From Candidatus Kapaibacterium sp. (GTDB taxonomy: Bacteria; Bacteroidota; Ignavibacteria; Kapaibacteriales; UBA2268): DNA of 64,000 nt. The stretch is from contig OY761611.1 of assembly GCA_963664875.1 (NCBI GenBank), forward strand, positions 1,792,001 to 1,856,000. Direction: 5' to 3'. The number at the start of each line of letters is the position of its first letter. Position 1 is the first letter of the stretch. Of the stretch, positions 1 through 10,595 are shown one piece after another. Position numbers and translations under genes: made by a program. The notes below the pieces were generated by a model. That model did no database searches. It was not told the DNA's origin and saw only the letters and a program-made list of their open reading frames with translations.

Positions 1-1
1 C

Positions 2-1126
2 GGGGTTATTTAGAATAAATGAGATATAAGGCATTTTAGCTTTATTTTCAAATATTTTATGCAAGAGTAAAAGTATCTGAGTTGATTTAGAATTATCTTC
101 ATCTTCGGATATGATTATGATAGAATTAGCATATTGCACATTCGCTATTTTCAAATCATCTTCTACAGTAGGGCTTCCGGTACGAAACGTAATGCTTAAT
201 CTGCTACTGTTTTTGATATTTTGAGAAAAATACGCAGCCATGTCCGCTTTGCTCTTTTCTGCAAGCACAACAGCAATTATTCTTTTCTTGCCCTCTAAAG
301 ACATCAGCAATTCGTTAAAAATTATACTGATGTTGTCAGACCATCCCAAAATCACAACATGATCGGTGTCGTAGGTCTGTTTCCTGCCGGAGGCATCTAA
401 CTCACGAATATTTTCCAACTCCGAAACTAATACACCTATAAACAAATTGAGTATAATCATACTGCCAATAACAATAAAGGAAATGTAAAATATAGATGCA
501 ATCAGAGTGTTTCCGTTTTCTATCTGGGTGGCAAGCAAATCCGGCCAACCTTCACCCGTAATTGTCTGAAACAAAGTAAGCACTGCGGAAGAAAGATCTC
601 CATAATGCTCTGGGTCTGACACTTTGAACATGAAAACACCCATTATTCCATAGACATAAAACAAAATAAGAATTATCAGTGCTACATAACTCATGGAAGG
701 AAGACTCTGGAATAAGGTATTAACAAGGCGTTGCAGCGGCTTGACAAAAGAGAAAAAACGCAGCACTCTCAGCACTCTGGTCAATCTCACTAATCTGAAT
801 ACGATTACTGCCTCAACCACGGAAGATGCTTCAAACAACCACGGCAAAATGCTAAGTGCGACAATGATAAAATCAAACAAATTCCAGGCATCTTTGAAGT
901 AGTCAAAAGGAGTGGGTTTGTTAGCATACATCTTAATAAATACCTCAGCAACAAAGATTGAGATAATTATATTATCAACAGTATGCAGAATGTGCGACAT
1001 TTCCGAGCTCAGACCGGGTATAGTTTCCAGTCCAATCAGACATGCCGAAATAAAAATGAGAAGCATTATTGCATTTTCGAACCAGTTATTTTCTTTATTC
1101 TTTATTTTTTCAAAAAGTTGGCTCAT
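2..1126 (-). CDS. Voltage-gated cation channel (6TM, BacNav/Cav-like) fused to a C-terminal RCK-type domain; 3' end runs off the window
   Basis: Not in the ORF track because it is edge-truncated; translated by hand from ATG at 1126 (MSQLFEKIKNKENNWFENAIMLLI...). S3 motif WNLFDFIIV, S4 FRLVRLTRVLRVLR, pore LFQTITGEGWPD, S6 ILNLFIGVLV, then HVVILGWSD...FRTGSPTVEDDLKIANVQYANSIII. No stop before position 2. Confidence 0.9.
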   Translation of the reverse strand, partial: MSQLFEKIKNKENNWFENAIMLLIFISACLIGLETIPGLSSEMSHILHTVDNIIISIFVAEVFIKMYANKPTPFDYFKDAWNLFDFIIVALSILPWLFEASSVVEAVIVFRLVRLTRVLRVLRFFSFVKPLQRLVNTLFQSLPSMSYVALIILILFYVYGIMGVFMFKVSDPEHYGDLSSAVLTLFQTITGEGWPDLLATQIENGNTLIASIFYISFIVIGSMIILNLFIGVLVSELENIRELDASGRKQTYDTDHVVILGWSDNISIIFNELLMSLEGKKRIIAVVLAEKSKADMAAYFSQNIKNSSRLSITFRTGSPTVEDDLKIANVQYANSIIIISEDEDNSKSTQILLLLHKIFENKAKMPYISFILNNP

Positions 1127-1420
1127 ATAAAACTCTCTTATAGATTATTCTATCAATATCATCTAAAATAAACGGCTTCATAGGAGGCAAATTAAACAAA
1201 AATATAAACATACACCCCATATTCAATTCACAATATATAAAATATCAAATTAAGAAAGTGATAAGAAAAGACTTAGATTAGATGATTTTGTAAGAACTTG
1301 TTATTGTGGAGATTATGTGGGGGGTGTTTCTATCACACTCTTTCTATTTGCGGGCAATACAAAAAAAATGTATTTTGAGTAGAATAATTTTAGTTTGTAC
1401 TATTTTTTCGAATCAGCCAA

Positions 1421-1762
1421 ATGTCAAATTCAATCCGCACAACAGATGATTATACCAAATTAGGTTTTTGGAAAAAACTTGTCAATTCTGCACAAAAGGG
1501 CGGGAAGAAAGTTATAGAAAAGGCTCTTATTCTATACTATACTCTTAATGACAGCGATACTCCCAAAAAGTACAAAGCTATTATTTACGGAACTTTGGGC
1601 TATTTTATAGCTCCCTTGGACGCTATCCCTGATTTTGCACCTGTGATAGGCTACAGTGATGATTTATCTGTTATTGTAGCTACTCTGATCGCAGTCTCTT
1701 CCTTCGTGAAAGAACAACACAAAGAGCTGGCACGACAAAAAATAGACAAACTTTTTGGTTAG
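1421..1762 (+). CDS. YkvA/DUF1232 family small membrane protein
   Basis: Motif YFIAPLDAIPDFAPVIGYSDDL is typical of DUF1232. Confidence 0.85.
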   Translation: MSNSIRTTDDYTKLGFWKKLVNSAQKGGKKVIEKALILYYTLNDSDTPKKYKAIIYGTLGYFIAPLDAIPDFAPVIGYSDDLSVIVATLIAVSSFVKEQHKELARQKIDKLFG

Positions 1763-1846
1763 GAAGAGAAGGACTTTACAATAAACATATAAACCATTTT
1801 TTTATCAGCAACGTTAATCTGAGAAAATCAATATTTGGATTCTATC

Positions 1847-3532
1847 ATGGAAGGTATTAAAGATACTTCAACTATAAGTCTGAGAAAGATATTAGGAAAC
1901 GGACTTACATATCTTGTTCCGAAATTCCAAAGGGATTATTCTTGGGAAACGGAGCACTGGGATGACTTATGGTTAGACATGATAGATTTATATAATGATG
2001 TTGAAACAAGCCATTATATGGGATATTTAGTTTTTCAGACATCAGACAATAAACTGCACAAAATTATTGATGGACAGCAAAGGCTTACTACAATTTCTTT
2101 ACTCATAATTTCTATCTTGAAGAGACTCAAAGAACTTGAAGAGACAGGTATTGATGCTGAGAAGAATAAACTTAGAAGAGAACAACTTCAAAATAGCTAT
2201 ATAGGATTTATCGACCCTGTTACTTTGATTGCTAAGAATAAATTAGAGCTCAATAGAAACAATGATGATTTTTACAAACATTATATTGTGCCTCTTGCAA
2301 ATCTCCCTCAAAGAGGCAGAAATGCCTCAGAAAAGTTAATGAAAGCTTGTTTTGAGTGGTTTTATAAAAAAACAACTTCTCTATATAAAACCGGAGAAGA
2401 GCTAACAAGGTTTATTGAAAAAATAGTAGATAAACTTTTCTTTACGGTTATCACTGTAGGCGATGAACTAAATGCTTATAAAGTATTTGAGACATTGAAT
2501 GCGAGAGGAGTTAAACTATCTACGGCTGATTTATTAAAAAACTACCTTTTTTCAATTGTTGACTCGAATGAGAAAGAAACTAGGAAAGAAGAATTTGAGC
2601 TTTTAGAGTACTTATGGAGTGAATTACTCAGGAAGCTCGGTTCTGAGAAATTGCCTGAGTACATACGATATTACTGGAACAGCAAAAATAAAACTGTAAG
2701 AAAAAATGATTTATTCAAGACATTAAAATCTAACATAAAAGATAAAGCAAACGTTTTTGCATTGTTGAGAGATTTAGTTGAGAAAGCTGATATTTTTGTT
2801 GCGATTTTAAGTCCTGAAGATGAGTATTGGAATAACCATACTTTAGAACTTCGCAATAGCTTACGAGAATTGAAAATCTTTGGTGCAAAACAACAAATCT
2901 CTTTACTTATTTCAGGCAAAAGTAATTTGACTGACCCAAAATTTACTGAGTTAGTTAAATACTGCTCGATAGTGTATATGAGATATAATATTATTGGTGG
3001 ACTTAATCCAAATGAGCAAGAAGGAATTTTCAACAAGTTAGCTTTGGATATTCAAAACAATAAAGATTATAACAAATCTGATTTTTTGGAAATATACCCA
3101 TCTGATGAAGAATTTGAAGTAGCCTTCTCAAATAAAGAATTTACAAATACCTCAAGAAACAACAAAGTTACAAAATACATCTTAACAAAAATAGAGAACT
3201 ATATCTCACAGGCAGATTTTGATTTTCAGAGCGATAGAAATACGATTGAACATATTTTACCTGAAAATCCGGATGATACATGGGATATCGAAGATGATGT
3301 GCGAAATAGATGCAGATATAGACTTGGCAATCTAACATTGTTAGAAAAAAACAAAAATTCGCATCTTAAGAACAAATCTTATGATCAGAAAAGAATTGTT
3401 TTTCAGAATTCCAAATTTGCTATAACTAAGGATATTGCGGCAGATTATTCTCATTGGGGTGAAGAAGAAATATCAAGACGTCAGAATATTCTGGCAAAAA
3501 AAGCTAAGACTATTTGGAGAATAAGTTTTTAG
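1847..3532 (+). CDS. DUF262 + DUF1524 (HNH) protein, GmrSD-like modification-dependent restriction family
   Basis: VPKFQRDYSW, IIDGQQRLTT and FETLNARG (DUF262); TIEHILPE and RLGNLTLL..N (DUF1524 HNH). ATG at 1847 preferred to TTG at 1835. Confidence 0.85.
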   Translation: MEGIKDTSTISLRKILGNGLTYLVPKFQRDYSWETEHWDDLWLDMIDLYNDVETSHYMGYLVFQTSDNKLHKIIDGQQRLTTISLLIISILKRLKELEETGIDAEKNKLRREQLQNSYIGFIDPVTLIAKNKLELNRNNDDFYKHYIVPLANLPQRGRNASEKLMKACFEWFYKKTTSLYKTGEELTRFIEKIVDKLFFTVITVGDELNAYKVFETLNARGVKLSTADLLKNYLFSIVDSNEKETRKEEFELLEYLWSELLRKLGSEKLPEYIRYYWNSKNKTVRKNDLFKTLKSNIKDKANVFALLRDLVEKADIFVAILSPEDEYWNNHTLELRNSLRELKIFGAKQQISLLISGKSNLTDPKFTELVKYCSIVYMRYNIIGGLNPNEQEGIFNKLALDIQNNKDYNKSDFLEIYPSDEEFEVAFSNKEFTNTSRNNKVTKYILTKIENYISQADFDFQSDRNTIEHILPENPDDTWDIEDDVRNRCRYRLGNLTLLEKNKNSHLKNKSYDQKRIVFQNSKFAITKDIAADYSHWGEEEISRRQNILAKKAKTIWRISF

Positions 3533-3567
3533 TCAAATCAATTATCCATTCTTCTCTACGCAATTTG

Positions 3568-3575
3568 TATATTTG
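3568..3575 (+). promoter_or_regulatory. Bacteroidota-type -7 promoter element (TAnnTTTG) for uvrB
   Basis: TATATTTG about 40 bp upstream of the uvrB ATG; the same motif precedes hydG (17904-17911) and lies in the duplicated 29-bp element. Confidence 0.5.
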
Positions 3576-3612
3576 TTTTTCGTACTAAGTAGAAAATTCT
3601 ATTGAGCGTGAA

Positions 3613-5643
3613 ATGGGTGATTTTAAATTACAGTCTAAATATAAGCCGTCTGGTGACCAGCCTACTGCTATCAAGGAGCTGACAGAAGCTGTCGAAAGAG
3701 GTGACAAACATCAGGTTTTGCTTGGTGTTACCGGGTCGGGTAAAACTTTTACCATATCTAATTTGATAAAAAATGTGCAGCGTCCCACTCTTGTCATTTC
3801 TCCTAATAAAACTCTTGCAGCTCAGCTTTTTGGCGAATTGAAGGCTTTTTTCCCTGAAAACTCAGTAGAATATTTCATTTCCTACTATGATTACTACCAG
3901 CCGGAAGCATATATAGTTACTTCCGATACTTATATTGAAAAAGACTTTTCTATAAACGACGAAATCGACCGTTTGCGTCTTCGTGCTACTTCTGCTTTGG
4001 TTGAGGATAGGCGTGATGTGATAGTTGTAGCTTCTGTTAGTTCAATCTATTCCATAGGTAGAAAGCAGGACTTTGTGGATAGCCTTTATCATGTTTATGT
4101 CGGCAAAAAAGTTGATAGACAAGCGATTTTATATAAACTGACTGACTTATATTATACAAGAAATGATTTCGAATTTCAGCGCGGTACTTTCCGTGTCCGC
4201 GGCGATGTTATAGATATTATCCCTGCGTATGAAAACCAGCTTGGTATTCGCATAGAGCTTTTCGGAGATGAGATAGACAAAGTTTCTTATATAGATGCTC
4301 TGACAGGAAAGGTCGTTCAGAACCTGCAGGGTACAAAAATATTCCCGGCTAAGCTTTTTGTAACAGGTGACACTCAACTAAAAACTGCAATGCAGAAAAT
4401 AAGAGATGAGCTATATGACAGATTAAAAGAATTGCGTAGTCAGGATAAGTTAGTAGAAGCACAACGCCTCGAGCAGCGTACTCTTTTTGATTTGGAGATG
4501 ATGAAGGAAGTAGGTTATTGCTCTGGTATTGAGAATTATTCAATGCACATTTCAGGCAGAGACTTTGGCGAGAGACCTCACTGTCTTTTCGATTTCTTCC
4601 CGGATGACTATTTGCTTGTAATTGACGAAAGTCACGTTACTTTGCCTCAGCTAAGAGCGATGTATAATGGCGACCGCAAGCGAAAAACTAATCTTGTGGA
4701 ACATGGTTTCCGCCTTCCTTCAGCAATTGAAAATAGGCCAATGAAGTTTGAAGAGTTTGAGGCTATGGTGAATCAGGCTGTGTATGTAAGTGCGACACCA
4801 GGGCCTTATGAATTAGAAAAAGCAGAGGGTGTAGTGGTCGAGCAGGTTATCCGCCCAACCGGATTATTAGATCCTGAGATTGATGTTAGACCAATATCTA
4901 ATCAAATAGACAATCTTCTTTTCGAAATTCGCAAAAGGCAGGAAAAAGGCGAAAGAGTACTCGTTACTACTCTAACCAAGCGTATGGCGGAAGACTTGAC
5001 TGATTACCTAAGTAATTTAGATGTAAAAGTAGCTTATATCCACTCAGATATAGACACTCTTGCACGAGTAGAAATCATACGTGATTTGCGTCTGGGCGAG
5101 TTTGAAGTATTAGTTGGTGTAAACCTGCTTCGCGAGGGCTTAGACTTACCTGAAGTATCGCTTGTTGCTGTACTCGATGCTGATAAAGAAGGCTTCCTTC
5201 GCTCCGAAACATCTTTGCTTCAGATTGCCGGAAGAACTGCACGTAATGCTGAGGGGCGCGTAATTTTATATGCTGATAGGATTACAAGATCTATGCAGGC
5301 TTTGATTGACGAAACAAACCGTCGCCGTAAACTGCAAACCGAATACAACGAAAAGCATGGCATAAATCCTGTTACAGTATTCAAATCCCTGGAAGAAATT
5401 CTAAGCTCTACTTCTATAGCTGATGTAAGAAAAGACAGCAATAAGAGAGATTTAGCTTACGGAGTCCACAAAAATAAAGAGATAAAAGTAGCTGACCCAC
5501 TTGCTGAATATATGAGTAAAGAACAGCGAAAAGAGCTAATTGAACAAATGTTTGTCGAAATGAAAAAAGCCGCCAAAGATTTGGACTTCGAACGTGCTGC
5601 AGAGTTGAGAGATGAGATACAAAGACAGCAGGAAATGGTGTAG
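3613..5643 (+). CDS. uvrB: Excinuclease ABC subunit B
   Basis: GVTGSGKT Walker [32 protein letters not shown]-terminal UVR motif [11 protein letters not shown]. Confidence 0.98.
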   Translation: MGDFKLQSKYKPSGDQPTAIKELTEAVERGDKHQVLLGVTGSGKTFTISNLIKNVQRPTLVISPNKTLAAQLFGELKAFFPENSVEYFISYYDYYQPEAYIVTSDTYIEKDFSINDEIDRLRLRATSALVEDRRDVIVVASVSSIYSIGRKQDFVDSLYHVYVGKKVDRQAILYKLTDLYYTRNDFEFQRGTFRVRGDVIDIIPAYENQLGIRIELFGDEIDKVSYIDALTGKVVQNLQGTKIFPAKLFVTGDTQLKTAMQKIRDELYDRLKELRSQDKLVEAQRLEQRTLFDLEMMKEVGYCSGIENYSMHISGRDFGERPHCLFDFFPDDYLLVIDESHVTLPQLRAMYNGDRKRKTNLVEHGFRLPSAIENRPMKFEEFEAMVNQAVYVSATPGPYELEKAEGVVVEQVIRPTGLLDPEIDVRPISNQIDNLLFEIRKRQEKGERVLVTTLTKRMAEDLTDYLSNLDVKVAYIHSDIDTLARVEIIRDLRLGEFEVLVGVNLLREGLDLPEVSLVAVLDADKEGFLRSETSLLQIAGRTARNAEGRVILYADRITRSMQALIDETNRRRKLQTEYNEKHGINPVTVFKSLEEILSSTSIADVRKDSNKRDLAYGVHKNKEIKVADPLAEYMSKEQRKELIEQMFVEMKKAAKDLDFERAAELRDEIQRQQEMV

Positions 5644-5755
5644 TTTGTATATATGCTGTAGTATAAAGTACTTTTTTCAATTTGAAAATTGTGGGTCAAG
5701 TTCCTGAGTAGTTAAAAAACTATTCTATCCGGAAAATCAAAATATTACACATTGA

Positions 5756-5788
5756 AAACCTCCCGTGGTATAAAAGCCCGGGAGGTTT
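5756..5788. terminator. Intrinsic terminator between convergent uvrB and oxidoreductase genes
   Basis: AAACCTCCCG...CGGGAGGTTT inverted repeat. Confidence 0.7.
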
Positions 5789-5814
5789 AATTCAATTTAC
5801 TTTAATTCAATTTC

Positions 5815-8800
5815 TTATTTGAATGCTTTTTCTAAAAGTCCATCGCCTTTTAGACTTAATCTTTCGAAGTAATCAGGTACGTCTTTGCCCGTTAGTTTAT
5901 CTACGTACATTTTTGCAAGGTACTGACCAAGCATAAAACCTTGACCACGAAGACCGGTAAATAAACCTAATTCAGGATCTATGTACATTCTTGGTTCCAC
6001 GTAGTAGCCTGCCCAGATCGCCTGGAAACCAACGCTTGATAGCTCAGGTAGCCAATCCACAAAGACTTCTGAGACTATTCTGAGGAAGTCTTCAGAGTTG
6101 ATTTTTAAGTTGGCTTTTGCTTCCTGAGGGTCAACTGCAGGTGATGCACAACCTATAATCTGTCCTGTTTCTGCTAATTGCTGACCGTAAACTGCCACAA
6201 AACCTTTGTAGTTTCTGCGGTCAATAAGCATAGGAAGCGGAATACCATCTTTACCCATCATAGGCAAACGACGAGTAATAAATGCCTGATGTTTCACAGG
6301 GTACAAGCCTGTTTCCAGACCAACCATTTTAGTAAATTCTTCTGCCTCAGGGCCAAGTGCATTTATAAAGACTTCAGTTTCATATTCTACATATTCTTTA
6401 TCGTGATTATGTACCAAAACGTGGTATTTGCCATCTTCTTTTGTTACCTGAATTAGTTTACAGTCCTCCTGAACCGTACCACCATTTTTGATACCGATTT
6501 GTCTGATCAGGTCAACTACTTTGCCCGGAGTAGCCTGCCAGCAGTCTTTAGTAATAAGGGCCGCCTGATAAGTAGAAAGATTTTGGTTAAATCTTGGAGA
6601 TATTTCTTTAGCAAAGTCTTTAGGTTCTACCATGTATGCATTTGACCATTGTTTAGAAGCTTCAAGAGCCTGATAAACATTGTCGTCATGAGCAAATGTT
6701 ACATAATCGATAGGTCTGTAGTCGATATTTGCTATTTTATCCAATTCTTTGAAAATAGCAAGGTTATTTATTGCTATGTCTGAGATTTCAGGCAATGAAA
6801 ACGCAGGGCGACCACCGGCAATATTTCTCCATGAAGAGCCTCTGCCGTAGTTTACCAAAGTTGGTTCCATGCCTGCTTCTGCCAGATAGCGGAATAAAGC
6901 AGAGCCACCGATACCGCCGCCCGCAACAAGTGATTTGACTTTGATTTTTCTGATATTTTTAGTTGCTACCGGAATTACTTTATGCACAGAACCGTTCGGG
7001 TAAAGCTCGCCCATATTTACCTGATTTGACATCGGCCCGCGTGGGGTCGCTTCACCTACAATAGTTATGCCGCTGCCTGCAAGCGTCTGTTTCAAACGTT
7101 TGATACATCTTTTACCGCGACATGCACCCATACCCAAACGTGTAGTGTGTTTGATTTCGTCAATTGAGATGAATTTTCTGTCTCCGATAACATCCATGAT
7201 TGTATCAAGCGTAACATCATCGCAGTGGCAGATGTATTTTTTTGATTCGATATTTTCTTCATTATCCACAAACTCGACAGGTTCGGGGTAGTTTTCTCTA
7301 AGGATAAAACCGCGAGCTTTTACAATTTCTCTACCTTCTAAAGTAGTAGATTTCACTCTTGCTATATGAGTTTTATTTCCTTTTTTGAATATTTTTTCGA
7401 TGATTCCTTCGCCAAGTTTTTTGCCATGATTATCAACAAGAAATACTTCTTTATTAGTTTCAATATCAAATTCGATAGGAAGGAATAACCAGCCTTTTTT
7501 GATATTATAACCAAATATGGCTAAGCCCGGGCACTGATAAACGCACTCCATACAGCCGATACATCTGTCATAATCAATAACAGGTACAGTAGATGAAGAG
7601 TTTTTGCTGATAGCACCATGAGGACAAGAGAAAGCACAAGGATTACAAGCAAAACCGTACAAACAGTCAGCTATAACAAAAGGTTTTTCTAACCTATCTT
7701 CATTAGGCATAACAGCTTCTGCGATTATTTTGTGAGGGTGCTGCTGAGAGTCAATATACTCTTTAGAGATTTTTAGATAGTCGTCGTAGTTATAACGCAT
7801 ACCCAAATCTTCCAAAATCTCAAACGCTACCTGCTTGCCCCGAAGTACAGCACTTGTACCTTCGCCGATTCTAACGGCATCACCTATGCCATGGCAATCG
7901 CGTTTAAATATTTCTTTGCCTTTGATAAGCAAAGCATCATCTGGCACAAGACCTGTACAGATATTTATCGCATCGATACCTTTGATAATTTTTTCAGTAC
8001 CCGGAACAGGTTTGAAGTTTTTGGCTTCAGCAACCACTGCGCCGATGATACCGTCTTTATTTTCATTTGGAATCGCTTTAACTAAGATATGAGAAAGCAT
8101 AACAGGAATGCCAAGTCTTCTTACTCTGTTTGCCTGAACAGGGAAACCACCTTCATGAGGTTGTGCTTCGATAATAGCTTTTACGTTAGCACCACCCTGC
8201 ATAAGCTGGTAAGAAGTCAAGTAACCGATATTACCTGCACCAACTGTCAAAATGTTTTTACCAAGAAGAGTAAGCTCGTCATTCATCATTTTCTGAACAA
8301 CTGCAGCAGTATAAACTCCCGGTAAATCATCATTTTCAAAAGAAGGCATAAACGGTACTGCACCTGTAGCAATGACAAGCACATCTGCTTCTACATAGTA
8401 GATTTCATCTGTTTTGATATTTTTAACAGCTAAACGTTTGCCGTCTAAAATGTCCCAAACAGTTGAGTTCAGGAAGATATTTTCATGGCTGGCGCCGGCT
8501 AAAGTAGCAGAAATATCAAAACCACGCATACCGCCAAATTTCTTCTCTTTTTCGAAGAAGAAGAACTGGTGTGTTTGCATATTAAACTGACCGCCAACTT
8601 TATCATTATTATCGATAACAATATTATCTACGCCAAAGTTATTTAACTCTTCGCGTGCTGCCAAGCCTGCTGGGCCGGCACCGATGATAGCGACAGTAGT
8701 TTTATAAATTTTTACTTCATGATTATTTTTATAGTCCGAAACGCTCGGAGTATAATCTTTAGGAATCTCTTCAACATTACTAATGTTATCAACTTTAGTA

Positions 8801-9042
8801 ATGCAGATACGTTTGATTTGACCATCTACAAGCATTTCGCAGGCGCCACATTTTCCGATGCCGCATTCCAAGCTGCGTTTACGGTTGTCTAAGCTGTGGC
8901 TGTGAACGGGATACCCCGCTTGATGCAGTGCCGCAGCTATTGTTTTGCCTTTTTGTCCTTTTACTTTGTTTCCCATATAAGTAAAAGTAACTTCAGATGA
9001 TTCCTGTATCTCTAATATTGGGTGTGATGTGATTTGATACAT
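5815..9042 (-). CDS. Multidomain FAD/Fe-S oxidoreductase (sarcosine oxidase / dye-linked proline dehydrogenase-like subunits fused)
   Basis: N-terminal 2Fe-2S (CGIGKCGAC), Rossmann GAGPAG, 4Fe-4S dicluster (CNPCAFSCP, CIGCMECVYQCP), BFD-like CHC...CRGKRC, C-terminal DAO domain (GGGIGG). Confidence 0.85.
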   Translation of the reverse strand: MYQITSHPILEIQESSEVTFTYMGNKVKGQKGKTIAAALHQAGYPVHSHSLDNRKRSLECGIGKCGACEMLVDGQIKRICITKVDNISNVEEIPKDYTPSVSDYKNNHEVKIYKTTVAIIGAGPAGLAAREELNNFGVDNIVIDNNDKVGGQFNMQTHQFFFFEKEKKFGGMRGFDISATLAGASHENIFLNSTVWDILDGKRLAVKNIKTDEIYYVEADVLVIATGAVPFMPSFENDDLPGVYTAAVVQKMMNDELTLLGKNILTVGAGNIGYLTSYQLMQGGANVKAIIEAQPHEGGFPVQANRVRRLGIPVMLSHILVKAIPNENKDGIIGAVVAEAKNFKPVPGTEKIIKGIDAINICTGLVPDDALLIKGKEIFKRDCHGIGDAVRIGEGTSAVLRGKQVAFEILEDLGMRYNYDDYLKISKEYIDSQQHPHKIIAEAVMPNEDRLEKPFVIADCLYGFACNPCAFSCPHGAISKNSSSTVPVIDYDRCIGCMECVYQCPGLAIFGYNIKKGWLFLPIEFDIETNKEVFLVDNHGKKLGEGIIEKIFKKGNKTHIARVKSTTLEGREIVKARGFILRENYPEPVEFVDNEENIESKKYICHCDDVTLDTIMDVIGDRKFISIDEIKHTTRLGMGACRGKRCIKRLKQTLAGSGITIVGEATPRGPMSNQVNMGELYPNGSVHKVIPVATKNIRKIKVKSLVAGGGIGGSALFRYLAEAGMEPTLVNYGRGSSWRNIAGGRPAFSLPEISDIAINNLAIFKELDKIANIDYRPIDYVTFAHDDNVYQALEASKQWSNAYMVEPKDFAKEISPRFNQNLSTYQAALITKDCWQATPGKVVDLIRQIGIKNGGTVQEDCKLIQVTKEDGKYHVLVHNHDKEYVEYETEVFINALGPEAEEFTKMVGLETGLYPVKHQAFITRRLPMMGKDGIPLPMLIDRRNYKGFVAVYGQQLAETGQIIGCASPAVDPQEAKANLKINSEDFLRIVSEVFVDWLPELSSVGFQAIWAGYYVEPRMYIDPELGLFTGLRGQGFMLGQYLAKMYVDKLTGKDVPDYFERLSLKGDGLLEKAFK

Positions 9043-9405
9043 AAAATCTTTTTTAATTAATGGCTATTCTAAATTTATATAGTATAATAAATTAGCCAAA
9101 TTATGGGATACAGCCAAGACTTAGTCTATGCTAAATATTAAGTACATATAATATCAATATCTCAGCTAAAAGCATATAAATAGGGCTAATTTAAGAGATT
9201 TTAGCGACTAAGCTATCTTATCAGCTAAATTTAGTTTTTGTGAGATTTTGTATATTGGAAGAAATTAGTACAATAAAAGCAAAATAAGAAAAAATATAGA
9301 TCATTGGAGAAAGAGAGGAAAGCAAATTTAAAGATATTGATTTACTTTATATTCTTACGGGTTCATAATGCAAGTCTGAAACTTTACTCGTTGATGTCGG
9401 CATCC

Positions 9406-9978
9406 CTATCGAGTCCTCATTGCATTAATCCAATATCTCAAGGCAGGGAAAAACGCAAATCCTAAAGCTATTTTCAACTCTGTATAAACAGATATTAAGT
9501 ATGTATCTACAACTACATATGCTAACAAAGGCAAGACTTCAACTGAAAAAGTAAGTACTGATTTGATGTTTAGATAATCTATTTTTTTCAAAACAAACTC
9601 AGTAACAAGCATACCTAATCCAAAAAAGACATTTATTTCAAATATTGCTTTTGCGATAGAGTATAGATTAAAACTATCAACAAAAGATAATAGAATCAGC
9701 TTCTCTGCAAAGAGCGCAAGCATTAACATATACAGTGCTATATCTCTTGAGTAATTGATTTCTTTCATAGACAGCGGAAGCCGCTCTAATCTCGCTTTCT
9801 CAAAATTGAAATACAAACCATAAAAGACTATAGGGTATGCAACAATTTCAATTAACTCAAATGCAGATCTAATGTACTCACCGCTAAACCAAGCTAAAGT
9901 CATCAGGAACGGATATAGAAAAAACAAAGCATAGTAGTTGTTTCTTGTCCGGAGGAAATATGCAACAAGCGTAAACAT
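9406..9978 (-). CDS. ABC-2-type permease-like membrane protein (5th of tandem set)
   Basis: Hydrophobic, RLPLSMKEI motif; start set at MFTLVAYF, overlapping the previous stop. Confidence 0.6.
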   Translation of the reverse strand: MFTLVAYFLRTRNNYYALFFLYPFLMTLAWFSGEYIRSAFELIEIVAYPIVFYGLYFNFEKARLERLPLSMKEINYSRDIALYMLMLALFAEKLILLSFVDSFNLYSIAKAIFEINVFFGLGMLVTEFVLKKIDYLNIKSVLTFSVEVLPLLAYVVVDTYLISVYTELKIALGFAFFPALRYWINAMRTR

Positions 9979-10595
9979 TAGAATGTCCTCCAATTATTCA
10001 TCTTCGCTATCATATAGTCAGCAATTGTGATTATTATAAGAGGACTTACAGAAAGTAGAATTAGAAGCAAATGTTCTTCGCTAAATCCAAAGTTCCCAAT
10101 AATTATATCTTTTAGATTGGTCAGAAGAATGCTGTAAACAAATAATCCAACAACAGCATAAGCTGATGCAGTTAGTACAGGGAAGTTCTTTTCTTTCACC
10201 ATCAGCAGTCTGCTCAGGAAAAAGGAGATAAAATACATAGAAAATATTTGATTTGATATTGTACCTATATGCAGCTTATACTCCGGATCAAAATTCAATT
10301 CAATTATAATAAAGCTTAGAGCATATATTGTCATATAGAAAAACATACTCAGTAGCTTAGCAAGCCATATTTTCTTAGTATCAATTGGAATATCTGCTTC
10401 TATAGCGTTTGTTTTGCGTCCGAAAAAATCCTTAGAAAAGATAAAGAAGTAAGCAAAAATCATTGCAAGCGCGATAACAGAAGCTACTTCTTTAGTCTCA
10501 AAAACAAAAGTACTTAGAACCCCAATGAGTATCGATAAAAGCATCACCAAGAGCGGCTCTTTCGCAGTAATATAGTATTTTATTATTAGTAACAT
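9978..10595 (-). CDS. ABC-2-type permease-like membrane protein
   Basis: Multiple TM segments; DIPIDTKKIWLAKLLSMF motif shared with paralogs. Confidence 0.65.
   Translation of the reverse strand: MLLIIKYYITAKEPLLVMLLSILIGVLSTFVFETKEVASVIALAMIFAYFFIFSKDFFGRKTNAIEADIPIDTKKIWLAKLLSMFFYMTIYALSFIIIELNFDPEYKLHIGTISNQIFSMYFISFFLSRLLMVKEKNFPVLTASAYAVVGLFVYSILLTNLKDIIIGNFGFSEEHLLLILLSVSPLIIITIADYMIAKMNNWRTF

Noticed and set aside
693-1171. Short plus-strand ORFs in the track
   Set aside because: Antisense shadows of the minus-strand channel gene
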